Source of the DNA: Thelocarpon superellum
Taxonomy: Eukaryota
Length of the DNA: 64,000 bases
Direction: 5' to 3'
Assembly (NCBI GenBank): GCA_026025795.1
Contig: JAPEUG010000051.1
Location: 1 to 64,000 of the forward strand
Shown: positions 12,436-25,335 of the stretch, piece by piece
How positions within the stretch are numbered: the first letter of the stretch is position 1
Layout: each line of letters begins with the position of its first letter
Notes under the pieces: generated by a model
Databases searched by the model: none
What the model was told of the DNA's origin: nothing
The model's input: the letters and a program-made list of their open reading frames with translations, nothing else
Program-made: the position numbers and the translations under genes

Positions 12436-14725
12436 ATGGCCTCCCACGCGAGGAAGAAACCGCCGCAGGCCCCGCCAAAGTTCATCGCGACCCCATCCTC
12501 GCTGATCGATGATACTAAGCAATTGATTCAAGGCTCCCGTGCCGTTCAGGACGGCGTCGTTGCCAACGTGACGCCCGAAAATGCCACGTTCGACAACGTG
12601 CTACGACCACTTGCCCGGGATGAGAATGAAATGGCGGACGTCTCCCACATCATCTGCTTCTACCAAGCCGTCTCGGCAGATCAGGCTCTCCGCGATGCGT
12701 CGACCGAGGCGGAGAACCTTCTCAACGAATTCGACATCGAGTCGTCAATGCGAGAAGACGTCTTCCAACTTGTAGACGCGACGAAAAAGAAGAATGAGAC
12801 GCTCGCGCCCGAATCACAGCGCCTGCTGGACAAGGTGCACAAAGGTTACATCCAATATGGCCTGGGCATACCAGCGGGACCGAAGCGAGACCGATTCAAG
12901 GAGATCAAGCAGCGATTGAGTCAGATCAGCACCATCTTTCAGAAGAATCTGAATGAAGAGACGGGCGGACTGTGGTTTTCGCCCGAGGAGTTGCACGGCG
13001 TTCCCGACGACGTGGTATCGGGGCTCAAGAAGGGCGAGGGCGTGCATGCCGGGAAGCTGCGTCTGACGTACAAGTACCCCGACCTTTTCCCCACGCTGAA
13101 GTACGCCACCAATGCGGGAGTGCGCAAGCAAGTCATGATTGGCAACGAAAACAAGTGCAATCAGAACGTACCCCTGTTCAAGGAAGCCATCGTGCTCCGA
13201 GACGAGGCCGCTCGTCTCCTGGGCTACGTGAACCATGCCGCCTTCCGCATCGAGGACAAGATGGCCAAAACGCCGGCGACGGTGGATGACTTCCTGGGCG
13301 ATTTGCGGACCCGACTTGGTCCCGGCGGTAAGGAGGAGCTGACCAAGCTCCAGGGGCTCAAAAGCGACGATCTCCAGTCGCGGGGCGAGGAGGCACTGAA
13401 TGATGGCCACTACTATCTCTGGGATCATCGGTTCTACGACCGATTGATGATCGAGAAGGAGTACTCCGTGGATCAGCAAAAGGTGGCCGAGTACTTTCCT
13501 CTGGGCCCCACTGTCGCCGGCATGCTCCACATCTTCGAGCAGCTCTTTGGGCTCGTGTTCGTCGAGCTGGGCCCCGGCGCGGAGCGCGATGCGCTGGTCG
13601 ACTCGGGCAAGGGGACGGAAGTGGCATGGCATGAGGACGTCAAGTTCTTCAGCGTGTGGGATGATGAGGGGGAAGGCGGCGGATTCGTGGGCTATCTCTA
13701 CCTTGACATGTTTCCGCGCGACGGCAAATACGGTCACGCGGCCAATTTCAATCTGCAACCGGTGAGTGATGGCGAGGAAGTCTCCCTGCAGAGCTCGCAG
13801 CTGATCGAACGCTCAGGGCTACATTGACAGCAACGGCTCGCGCCGTTATCCGGCCACGGCGCTGGTATGCAACTTCTCCAAGGCCACGGCAAAGAAACCG
13901 AGCCTGTTGAAGCACGACGAGGTGGTCACGCTTTTCCACGAGCTGGGACATGGCATCCACGATCTCGTGTCGCGCACCATCTACTCCCGGTTCCATGGCA
14001 CCAACACCGTGCGGGACTTTGTCGAGGCCCCGAGCCAGATGCTTGAGAATTGGTGCTGGACGCCGTCGCAGCTGAAGTCGCTCAGCCAGCACTACTCCTA
14101 CCTCTCGCCCGAGTACGCGGACGCGTGGCGGGCCGAGGCGGGATCGGGTGCGACGCAACCGGCGCGCGAGATGCCGGACTCGCTCATCGCGAGCTTGGTC
14201 AAGACGCAGCATGTCAACGAGGCGCTCTTCACGCTTCGGCAGCTTCACTTTGGCATCTTTGACATGACGGTGCACGAGCCCAAGAGCCACGAAGACGCCG
14301 TACAACTACCTATCACCGAGCTGTTCAACGACCTCCGACGGCAGATCAGTCTGTTGGATGGGCCAGAAGTAGCGGGCGCCAAGAGCAACTGGGGCCATGG
14401 GCAGGCGACCTTTGGTCACCTGATTGGCGGATACGACGCCGGATATTATGGATATCTCAGGTCTGTGCAGCACCGCTCTGTTCGACTCCTGACTTGAGGC
14501 ACGATGGCTAATGCGATTTCGGAACGCAGCTCGCAAGTGTATTCGGCCGACATGTTCTTCACCGTCTTTGCTCCCGATCCCATGAATGCCCAGGAGGGCC
14601 GTAGGTACCGGCATACCGTGTTGGAGCGTGGGGGAAGCCAAGAGGAGATGGTCACACTCGAGCAGTTCCTGGGCCGCAAGCCCAGTACGGAGGCGTTCTA
14701 TCGTGCGCTGGGATTGACCCAGTGA
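12436..14725 (+). CDS. PRD1: M3 metallo-oligopeptidase (thimet oligopeptidase/saccharolysin Prd1/MepB-like)
   Basis: HDEVVTLFHELGHGIH (HEXXH), DFVEAPSQMLENW, FGHLIGGYDAGYYGYL. Introns at ~13762-13817 and ~14461-14530. An in-frame upstream extension is possible (see findings). Confidence 0.92.
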
Positions 14726-15870
14726 GCGAAGGCAGCGTGGAGGACATGGCGCGTGCGGCGGCGGCTGTGAGGTTTCCTCTCGCTTGACGCCGTCCGCCGT
14801 CCGCCGTCCGCCGTCCTCTTCGACTAGGTGCCCCTGTCCCCCGTGGATACGATAATGTAGGAAATGGACCATGACGGGTGCGCTCACAGCCTTGCGCCCA
14901 TACATGCTGGCACAGTCGCACAAAGGCTCCCCTGCGTGGCGCCAGGAGTATTGTGGAGTGGCCGCGGCTGCCACCCCAGAGGCCTCCATTGGATGTCGTC
15001 GCCGCGCGTGCGCAGGTCATGCATCGAGCATGTTGAAAGTACGCGCGCGGCTATGCCCTCCCCCAGCCTCTCGGGCCTCTCGGGCCTCCCGGGCACCTGT
15101 ACGCCTCGTCCGAGCTACTGCGACGGGCGGGAGCATTCATTGTCTCCTGGCCGGATCGCCTGCTCGCTCGTCGTGACCGCGACGTTGGTGGTACCTCCTC
15201 CACGTAGGTCGCGCATACTTCACACTCGATGCTTCCCTGCCCTGGGGGTGCCTGGGCGCCGCGGCGAGCATGTCCCAGACGCCGCCCCGGTCGCAGCGTG
15301 CCCTTTGAAGACCAGTAGCGTGGAAAACGTCACTGGGCGTCGATGGGCAAGTAAGAGGCGCGTCCGCGACGGCACATTCCCGTCCAGACTACGGCACATG
15401 TACCAGCCGAGTGCCGCCGAGGGCGGTGGAGGAGTCGCCGGCGGGGATTCAGACTCGAGCGGGGTGAAGGGAGGGGCAGAAGAAGGCAGCGCGACCAGGG
15501 GGCGTCAACTAAAGGGGAGGTCAGGTAGGTGGTGTGGGCGAGATACGCACGACGATCATCTAGCGTCCGGGAGCTATGCTGGCCACCCCGATCGGCGTCA
15601 TGTAGGCCGATCAGAAAGCGGCGAGTAGTGCAGGTCCATCGACATGTCACCACTGCATCGCCCGCCCCAATGCGACGGCGAGGCACGACCGGCCGATGCA
15701 CGTCGGAGCTTCGCGAGGCCTGCCGATCGCCCATGGACATGGTTATCTGATGTTTCGCCACGGCCGGGCCTTGATCGCCTTACCCATCCTTTGGGCCCGG
15801 CCTATTCATCGGCACAGACTTCCCGACGAATGAGAAGCTGCCATTCAGCGCAGGGCGAATGAGGCCTCAA

Positions 15871-15881
15871 CGCTGCCCACG

Positions 15882-15913
<32 letters not shown>

Positions 15914-15915
15914 CA
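15871..15915. repeat. 9-bp tandem repeat (gcccacgcc), about 5 copies
   Basis: Read directly in the long region upstream of the C6 transcription factor. Confidence 0.85.
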
Positions 15916-16715
15916 GGTTGGTGCTGCCCGGACGCGCCACCGGCCTGCCCAGCGACCCCGGTTTGCCTGCTCTGCGGGCCCACACCACCTTTCCCCTCTC
16001 TGTGTCGTTCTCTTTTCCAATGTCTTCCCTGACTGGCTCGCGCTCCGGGGCGGTGTTTTCGGTCAACGGCAACGGGTCGGCGGCGGCTGCTGGCTTGAGC
16101 GGACAGGATGCGACCAGATCGGCTAGTGGCTCTCGGCGAGGTCGCCCCCAGCAAGACAGCCACATTTAGTCCGCATGTCTCCGCTCCGCAGACGATGTCG
16201 TCCATCGTTTGTGCCATGCCTTACCCATCACCTGTCTTCCTGTTCCCTGATGCGGCTCCGTGGAGTTCGCTGGACCGTCACCTCACCCAGCCGTCGTCAT
16301 CTCCCCACCGGCTCCGCTTCCGCCTCCGCCTCCGTCTCCGCCCTCGACCCCGTGTCCCATCTCCCGGGTGATCTTGTGCGCGCGCCAGTGGCGGGTAATG
16401 CGTGGTGCTGGTGCTGGTGCTGGTGCTGGCGCAGGCACGCTTTCGGGGGGCTTGCTGAGGTCGAGGAGCCTCGGGCCCCGTGAGAGAGGGAAGAAGTCGT
16501 CGGGCCCCAACGTCGTCCGAATATGAGGGACCGCGCCCACTCCCATATGCGTGCTTAAAAAGGACCTGCCGCCAGAACGCACGCTGCCCTCCGCCCGCGG
16601 GTGTTGCTCCCTTCCTCTCTCTGGCCCAGCCTCCGCGACGGACCCCATCGTCCACAAACCTGGTCGTAGCCCATCCTCACCGTGCTCGACCGCTCGTCGG
16701 GGCCGTCGGTCCGCC

Positions 16716-19166
16716 ATGTCCTTCCGGACCATCCACCCTGCCCACGCCTCCGGCTCGGGCTCGTCTTCTCCTTCGTCCTCCAAGCACCCCGCCCCGTTTG
16801 GGAGCGGGCGGCCCGAGGAGCGAAAGGGGGGCGGCGGAGCGCCTCCCCGTCGGACTAGAATCACGCCGAAGGACGTGACGGCCAACGCCTGCATCCAATG
16901 CAAGAAGGCCCGCACGAAGGTTAGTGCGATTCGTCTTCCTGCCCCCTTCTGCACACACACACGAGGTCTTCGCGAACCCAGCCTTCCGCCCCCGCTGGGT
17001 TTCAGCCCGGCCCGCACAGAAGGGGAACAGAGCGACTAATGTCGCGTGACGATGTGTAGTGTGACGGCAAGCAGCCGTGTTTTCGCTGCTACCAACGAAA
17101 TGAGGGCGCAACGTGCGAGTATCGCGTGCACGTCAAGATGGCCAAAGAGGAAATGCTCGAGCGCTTCGACCAGCTGGCGGAGCAGTACCGCTGGGCGCAC
17201 CAGATTATGAAGGCCCTGATCTCGGACAACCACGCGCCGGACATTGTGGAGCGGCTAAAACGCGGCGAGGACTACCGCTCGGTGGCGCGCAGCTTCCAAG
17301 ACACACAACTGGTGCCGCTGCAGCGACCGCCATCGAGTCGTGACTCTACGGGCACGATTGTGGCCGCGGCCGTCGCGTCGGGCGCGAGCTTGAAGGAAAT
17401 GATGGATTACGAGGTTGAGAGCCTCCCCGATCCAGCCTTCAGCACCGACGTGCATCCCGACGAGGTCGTGTGGACGCGGACGACGACGGACGGCGATCTG
17501 GTCAGCCATCTGCTGGAGCTCTACTTCACCTGGGTGCACCCCATCCACATGGTCCTCAGCGAGCCCCATTTCCGCACCAGCTTCGAGAGCCACGATGGCG
17601 TCTACTGCTCGCCGGCGCTGGTCAATGTCATCTGCGCCATGGCGTGCCACCTTCTGGACCCGACCTCCGCGGCGGCGACTGAGGACGACGCCACCGACGT
17701 GGAGGCCATCGTTGACGACGGCCTGGGCGATCGGTTCATGGACGAAGGCCGGTCGCTGATCAAGCCCGAGGACCATAACAAGCTCACCACCATCCAGGCC
17801 TTTGCCATCATGTTCCTCTGCGACGCGGCGGGCGGCAAGGCGCTCAAGGCGTCGTCGTACATCCGCTTCGCCAGCAGCAGCCTCGATAATGAGTCCATCC
17901 ACCAAAGCGTGCATCGCGACGCATGGCACATCACCATGTGGGGCGTGCACTCACTGAACGTGTGTGTGGCCTCTGCTCCTCTGTCGACTCTTTGTGTTTC
18001 TCGCGCTCTGCACATCTTCCTCTCTCGCGCTTTCTCCCGCTTCCCACTCCCCGCGACCTCTCTCTCTCTTGCTGACCTGCCGCAAGCGCGTGGTCCGAAT
18101 TCACCTACGAGTGCTCCGAATCATCGCACCTCGCCGCGGCGAACGTGCTCGACGGCGTGCGCCTGGATCGCGAAGATTCCAAGTGGCGGCTCTATCGCCA
18201 CGTTGACGACATCCACAACCCTCCGCAACCCAGTCTCGCGCTGCTGGCGGCGAACGAATCAGCTAGGTTCTTACAGATCGTGCAAGATACGAACGCTCTC
18301 TTCTATGACACCCGTGCCACCGTCGTCACCGCGCGCGACGTCCTCATCCAATACAAACGCTATCTTGCCTGGCGCGACGAGCTGCCCGAGGCCATCGCCC
18401 AGCTGGATATGGCCGATGTGCCGCTACCGCACCTGGTGTTTCTGCAGTGAGTGGCGTCCATCGGGCGAAGAGGAAGTAACGCTCTCTTCAAATCTGGCCC
18501 ATGCCGGCAGTGAGCCGCGCTAACCATGAGTCGTTGTCGCCACACAGCGTCCACTTTCACACGGCGATGGTCAGTCTGCTGCGTCCATTAGTCGGACTCG
18601 ACCAATTCGCACGGCACAGTCAGATCAACCCGGAGATCCTCGCACTGCACCACGCACAGGAGGGCTTGCACCTCTTGGAGCAATACCGCGCGCTGTACAC
18701 GTGTCGGCACCAGCCGCACCTGCAGGTGCTGTGCCTCTTGCACCTCTGCGACTTCCTCGTGCGCTTCGGCCCGCCCCAGCAGGCGCGCGAGGCGGCGACC
18801 TTCTGTCTCGAGAGCCTGAAGGAGTCGCGCGTCGGCCTTTCCGTGTGCGGACCGCTGCAGGAACTCTTCCGCCGCACGCTCGTCGAATGCGGCGTCCCGC
18901 TACCGATGGACATCGCGGACCTCATGGCCCCATTGACGGATTTCTGCCTCGACGATGTCATGGATTCCTGTACGCGTCTGTCGTATACCGCGCCCGTGGA
19001 GCAGGTGCGCAGACGCCTCTCCCCGTCCATCGCGGACGACTGGGATAAAGAGGCCGTGCGCCTCAACGCCACCTCTTCCCCCGGCTCCTCCACCTCCTCC
19101 ACCAGTTGGCGCCGGGACGCGGATAACGAAAAGTTGATGAAGATCCGCTCAATATTAAACCAATGA
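16716..19166 (+). CDS. Zn(II)2Cys6 transcription factor with fungal-specific TF (middle homology) domain, NirA-like
   Basis: Spliced CIQCKKARTK|CDGKQPCFRCYQRNEGATC binuclear cluster. WTRTTTDGDLVSHLLELYFTWVHP..F..SF...YCSPALVNVICAMAC and LTTIQAFAIM fit the Fungal_trans domain. C-terminal MKIRSILN. 3 introns. Confidence 0.88.
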
Positions 19167-22100
19167 ATGGATGAATGAAGCAGTTGGGAATCAGGAATCT
19201 GGAGTTGGTGCATCGGTGGACCGGCGATTCCGTGAACCAGTTGCATGTTGAATACATACAGCATCTGGCATCGTCTGCTCTCTATCTCCCAAGTAGACCA
19301 CTTTCAGGGGCCCGGCGACGGCCAGATTTCTTGATGCGTAGGAGCATCTTCCCCAATCGTCCATTATGCGTAACTTCGTGGTCTTTTACTACACTTCATT
19401 CAAAAATGAATGCATGGTATGAAGGTGTCGTACGAAGGCAGGGGAAGTGGGCGCAGGCGTTGAAACAGCAGGCAGTGAGGTGATGGAAGTCAAGAATATC
19501 TCTCCGACTCGGATCAATCCATGATGAAGAGGAAAGAGGAAAAGAGGTGTGAGGGCGAAGTGCAGCGCGGGGAGTGGGGGCGGTGGAGAGGAAAGCGTAA
19601 GATATCGTAACGATAGACAGATCGGACGGATAAGAGGAGAAGAGAGGGAGAGCGGACTTTAAAAAGAAACCCACATGCACGACATGATATTCAGTTGAAC
19701 AGGGGCAAGAGGGAGGAAGGTATCAGGCCACTTTTTCGGGTCGCCTTGCCCCATCCACTTTCCACTTTCCACTTTCCACCGTCTCAGCCGTGTTAGAATT
19801 GAAGACGACCTCTGTCACGATCATACAGTCATTCCCTACCATATCACGTCCGGGTCAGGACATCCACTGCCTCTCTGCCGAGCCTCGTTCACATCTCGCG
19901 TTGATGGGATAATGCCCGTCCTGGATATGACGCATCGATCTCGATTGGAACGTCCGTTAGGACGGAAACAGTGAGCGGCTTTGCAGAAGGAAAAGTGTCA
20001 GAATCGAAGTAGGTCAGGTCTTTGGTAATCCAAGACGGATCAAAAAGCAGCAACGGATGGAAAGGAAAGAAAAGAAACGATCAGAACGCGATGCGGCGGC
20101 TGCGGATGTTGATCTCGCGATCCGGTAGAACAAGCGTCAACCGGAGGTGATGATGGACACTCGTACTCGGACAAGCCAACCGCCCGCTGGCAAGCATAGC
20201 GAACAGGTTTACCTGAAGGGAACAACGAGAAGCCCCCTAGTTGAAAGGGTATCAAAGTCTGGGTACATCCGAGTACTCTCAACAGACACGCAGAACAGCC
20301 AAGAATGAGAAGCACGACGATCGTCGCAACCAAGCGCAAGCAGACGAGAATGGATGGAAGAATGCACTGGCTCGACGATAGGCTTACGTGGCTTCGGCGG
20401 AGACGGTCACGGTGACGCAGGTGACGGCTGGCCAAAGCGATGGGGATCGAGATTGAAGGTGTGGGATCGGTCGATTGTGCACAATCGGAGGGCCTCGTAG
20501 TCGAGATCCGAATACCATTGCTTACTGAGCAGCACGTCTTCCTGTGAGGCCTTAGCCTTGCACAAGACGATGCGGAGCGACGAATGGCGCTACCTGAGGC
20601 TCCAGAGCTTGCCTACCTACCAGTCGGACGGCGGTGGAGTACTCGCGATGCAGGCCGCGCTTGTCCGCCAGCCTGGCTGTGACTGACTAGACAAGCGAAG
20701 CTAGGGCTGTGGTGGAACGCCCACGCCCACGCCCACGCCCCGACATTTTCCCACCTCGCTTGTCGACGCCAGCATTTCCTGGCGGCCCCGCTAGACGAGG
20801 GAATAGTGTCGGCCAGCGAGCGCTACTCCGTCACCACCCTCTAAAAGGTTCTCGTACAACCGGTCTCGAAGCGAACGACACGGTGGCAGGCCCCCCGGCC
20901 CCCGAATCACAGCGACGGCAATGCGCCACGATCCTGCACCTCGAGCGGATCGTCGATCCCGCTACCCTCTGAATGTACTAGGGGAAGGCCCCAACTCTCA
21001 CCGTTAAACCTCTGTCCCGCCGGAAACACATCCCAACGCGATGTGGGTGCACAGGAAACCCCGCCGGTCAGTTCTTCTTCGCCTCTTCTATCCCCCACGG
21101 CAGTCTTGCGCTGCCGTGGGTACGACCCTGGGAACTTGCACTCGCTGCTCGCACGATTGCTCCGTCTGCTCGGCGACTGATCTTGCTCTTGAGCCTCGTG
21201 ACCTTGGCGATTACGACGCTATTGAATGATGCCGTACTTGGAATTTGACGCTGTGGTAACGGTGGCGGGGGCGCCATTACAGCGCTCGTTAGTGAACCTG
21301 ACTCGTGCTCCATGCAATCTTTGAAGGAATTCGTCGCTAGAGCAAGCTTCCGGTGTTCTGTCCGCCTATCGTCCAAGAGGAGATCCGTCCGTGATCCGAT
21401 CCACCCTCGTCTCATGCGTACCCACATTTCAACGGTGACTATCGGACTGACCAAGGTCCAACCTGGCATGCTCAAACCGACCCCCTCTCTTAGCCTGAAC
21501 CCTTTTCCTAGGAACCCTTCCGAGATCACTCTGCCAATGTAACGGCTACCTCCCGGCTACCAGCGCTCATGCCGGTACGGTTCAGGAACCCGTCCGGTCA
21601 CGACAGCTATGGCGAGGAGATATCCACCTTAATAGCTATCCTAGTGCTCTAGATGGCTCACCATGATCACTGCTCTGACCTGTAAACACAGCCACTATCT
21701 GTTCAACAGGAGTACGAGAGCCGGGGCCTCTTACGCCGGAATGGCAACGTAAAGGTAAGAGACCCACTTATCGGCGCCTGGATTCGTCATCGATGGTAAG
21801 CGGACGAGAGGCGAGGGTGCCTTGCTTCTCCCCGGCAACAGCGTCACGGATCACAAGATCGTCCGTTTGTGATCTGGCGTCACGGAGCCGTCGTGTCCCG
21901 TCATTCGCCGTCACTCTCAGTCGCCCTAGTCATTGTTACCCGAGATGGAGTGGCCTGATCTCCGGTGGCCTGATCGTATTGCCTGCGTATCTCATTCCAC
22001 CTGATTAGATCTAGCGGCCATGTGCTGCATTGAATTTGCCTGCGGATGATACGTTGTGGCTGGTGCTCCACGACTTACGAAGACTCACAGCTGAATATGT

Positions 22101-22452
22101 ATCTGAATCCAAAGGAATTAAGCCGGACCTACCTCCGTTCAGCTGCTCCTGACCTATAGTATCTATCATAGGCGTTGTGTGAACTGACATGGTTGAACCC
22201 GTGCGAAAAACCCCCTTATAAGCCGGACAATAAGGAAGAAGGCGATCAACGTAGCTCCTGACGTATCCATCCGTCCTCATCACTATTCACGCTCGCCTTT
22301 GTATCCGTCCTCCCCGCCTGTCACCTATTGCAAGGACGAAATGCAACAGGGTGTATCCTGTGTTCTTCTCCCCTTCTAACCCTCCGTCCCAATCGTACCT
22401 GCACCGTCATTGATCTCAAGGCCAGTCTTGTAACTAAGGGAAGGGGTTAGAA

Positions 22453-23510
22453 TCAATGTCTCAAGACAAAGGTTTCCAAACTGACTTGCATGGAGAACAA
22501 GCTAAAGCGCTTGCATGAGCATGACATATGGGGAGCGAGCGTGTGGTCATGTCCAATTACCACAGCCGAGGACCGACACGTGCACGCAAGATCTGTTAGG
22601 AGATACATGGTCTCTGGACCATGGAGTCTTGGCGCGAGCAAGAGCGTGAGCTCAGCAAACGAATGATAATGGATGTCAGGAAGCCGCGTGCGCTCGTCCG
22701 GGTCCAGTTGGCCATGAGAAGGCGGTCCAGGCAGACTGAGGGTACCACCGGTATTCCCGCTTGCCCCTATCCATGGAGAGCCACTGTCGACCATCGAATC
22801 CGGAGGTGTGGGGACATGCCACGCCGTTGGCTGATTGAACGTTTCGCTAGAGCGTCCTGCCGTTGGTCTGCAGGCGAAGCGACAAGTACGATCGGCAAGT
22901 GGGGCGAAGGGTTGAAGATCGTCTGCCTCGCTCTTGAAGTGTGGGTCTCCTTCAAATGCCCAACGATCCAGATTAGATTGGTCGGAGAGGATTCCGATCT
23001 CTTGTAAGATAGCTTGCGTCAGGGGTCTCTCCGATCTATCTTGTTGAAGCGGGCCACTGTCGTCTTCGGCTCGCTGCGCCTGCAGCTGCCGATGAAGCTC
23101 CTGCACCCCGGCCGCCAGTTGATTTCGCTGGGCTTCCAGTAGTTCAACGTAACTGATGAGATCCGATCATCAGCGAGCACGCTATACAGGTATCGCAGCA
23201 AGTCATACCGTCCGGAGAAAAAGCGCTTCTGGTAGTGTCGACGCATCCCGAAGCTGCACACCCCGTCGACCTCTCGGCACTGCATACACGGGCTTTCCCC
23301 ATCGCACTGAGCAGGCCGGCGTCAGCGATACCCGCGACGAGAAGAAGTGGTGGATGGTACCTTTCTCTTCTTCTGTCGGCAAAGGTCACAGGCTCGACTT
23401 ACCCTAGCCTTGGCGTGTCGAGCAGAGGTGGAGGAGACGGTGGGGTTTACCTGGTTGGTGGCTGGCCTGGACCCATCAATTGGCACCTTCGACGGGCATG
23501 AAGAGGACAT
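22453..23510 (-). CDS. Short Zn(II)2Cys6 transcription factor, Fcr1-like
   Basis: Exons 23510-23361, 23306-23209 and 23152-22453 splice in frame to RVSRACDLCRQKKRK|CDGESPCMQCREVDGVCSFG...GR|YVELLEAQRNQLAAGVQELHRQL...PLTQAILQEIGIL. This matches the Fcr1-type pattern as I recall it (GYVEMLEQQQ.QLV.GLQELYRR; PLTHDIL). The 3' end is uncertain. Confidence 0.8.
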
Positions 23511-24044
23511 CACAGATAGGGCGCACGAAGAGTCCGCGTGGCATGGGACTTGGTTCGCTCAATTCCAACACCGAAGCGTGGCCAGAGACGACGCCATGCG
23601 TATATTGGGCTATATACGACATGAGGCTCGCAAAGCTTCTGAGATGCATTGTGTCATGTTCTGAGCGACTGTGGCCTGATGAGGTGGTCTGACAAAGCAG
23701 GACAGACGGTAAACATCCACGACATTCTGCGTCTAGAAGATCAGTGTGATGGGCGACCGCACGTGCGAGCTGGGCATGGAACAAAGCGCCATCACCTTGT
23801 CATCGCGTAACTCGTCAACCGTTGAAGACCTCCATTCACTCACGAAGGTCAATAGCAGAAAGTCATCGCCCCTTACGCATAACATCATCCTTCCGACGAT
23901 TGAGAGAGACGGAAGGATTTGAACGACTCAGAGCCACACAGTGTCCTAGCCCGTCCGATAAAAAGGAACACGGCAGGGCACGAGCAGGTCGATCAAGTAG
24001 GAAGGCTAGAATTCCAGAACATCGTATCGCCTTCACTGACCATG

Positions 24045-25335
24045 CTACGTCAACAGTGCCTCCGACGCTCGGTAAGCGACCTGAACGTCGTAGGCGCTCT
24101 TGAAGATGGGCCGCGGAGCCTTGGGAACCGACATTGAGTTGAACACGGTGTTCATGGCGCCCCGGACGGATTACTCCGCGGTGAAGGCCGTGTCCTCGGG
24201 TATTCCCGCGTACTTTCCGAGCCAGAGAATATTCGTGCTGGCGGGCAGAATGCCGGTACTTCGATCGGTCGACCCGCGCGTCTAAAGGCGTAAGGAGATG
24301 CGGCAGAGCGCGGCGGAATCACGTTAGCACAGATACAAAGAGCAGCTGGCTCCTGTGATAAGCGTAAGTGGTTCAAAAGCTCGTCCAGGATCTCCGCTCC
24401 GGTACAAAGTCGCACGAACTCGCGAACAAGATCTCCAGGGCGATCGACATAGAGCGCGAATCCCCAGAAGACCGGTTACCCCCGGCGGCTGGTTCTGGAG
24501 ATGAGGGGGGTGGGGAATGAAGAGAGACATGAGCCGTCAAGAATCGTGAAAGGTGCATAGGGCGGCCGTAACTGGCCGAGTGGCGCTGAAATTCATGCTA
24601 CGTTGAATCAAGGCGGGATCGGTCATGGCGATGGTGAAGCTGTTCCACTGCGTTTTGCGCACGCGCCAAGGAATTTCGACAGCTTGACGGCAGGACTGGG
24701 CCCGGATTTGGTCGCAATCTTGATCCACAGGGTCCAGAAGGGATCGACAGTCGGACCCTCGAGCACGGCTGGGGCCGCATCCATGTACCCGACCGAGGAG
24801 GCGACAACCATGTTTCCGTTGGTGACGAGGTGTGAGTAGAAGACGTCATCCAGGGTCTTTCGCCTTGAGTAACGGTCCTATGCACTCTGGACTCCTAGCA
24901 GATTCATGCGGTCTATCTATGCGTTAGCATCAGACAACGAACAGAGAAGGAGCAAAGCACCATCGCACCCTTTGCAGCAACACCCACGTGGTACCCGTCT
25001 AGCTTGGTGGGGCCGTTTTCATCCAACCTTGCATTCGCCTTGCCCTAAGTTGCGTCGGTCGAGTCCGTGATCTCTTGATGGACCGTCTACCTAGGACGCT
25101 CCAATGCCGGAGAGCTCAGCAGCAAGTCGTACAGGTCGTGGTAGCTGGAATTCAGTATGGGCCACCGCGGATCAGATACCCTTCTCCACGCCGCCGAAGC
25201 CATCCACAGCGGCACCCAGGAGGTTGCTCCCTTCGTACTTGTGGATCTAGACTGCCGGAACGTGAACATCGCGGATGAGCAGTGCATCGGCCGATGATGG
25301 CGAGATGCCTCTTTCAGCAAGTGAGACATGTGTCT
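24045..25335 (-). pseudogene. Decayed oleate hydratase (myosin-cross-reactive antigen family) pseudogene
   Basis: Frame-hopping translation gives LLIRDVHVPAV*IHKYEGSNLLGAAVDG..EKG/LIRGG/ILNSSYHDLYDLL; LVTNGNMVVASSVGYMDAAP..FWTLWIKIA; QWNSFTIAMTDP..LCTFHDS*RLMSLFIPHPPHLQNQPPGV; CTGAEILDELLNHLRL; STNILWLGKYAGIPEDTAFTAE*SVRGAM. These are collinear with MCRA/OhyA motifs. In-frame stops at 25247-9, 24537-9 and 24171-3, plus several frameshifts. Confidence 0.85.

Noticed and set aside
14864..16700. Long ORFs containing WAA, RL, CW and GA repeats
   Set aside because: Translations of simple sequence repeats in the region upstream of the C6 factor, with no domain evidence.
21068..21529. 153-aa minus-strand ORF, with RRSNRASSECK in another frame resembling a degenerate Zn-cluster start
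   Set aside because: Too few cysteines and no continuing homology, so a gene or pseudogene call cannot be supported.
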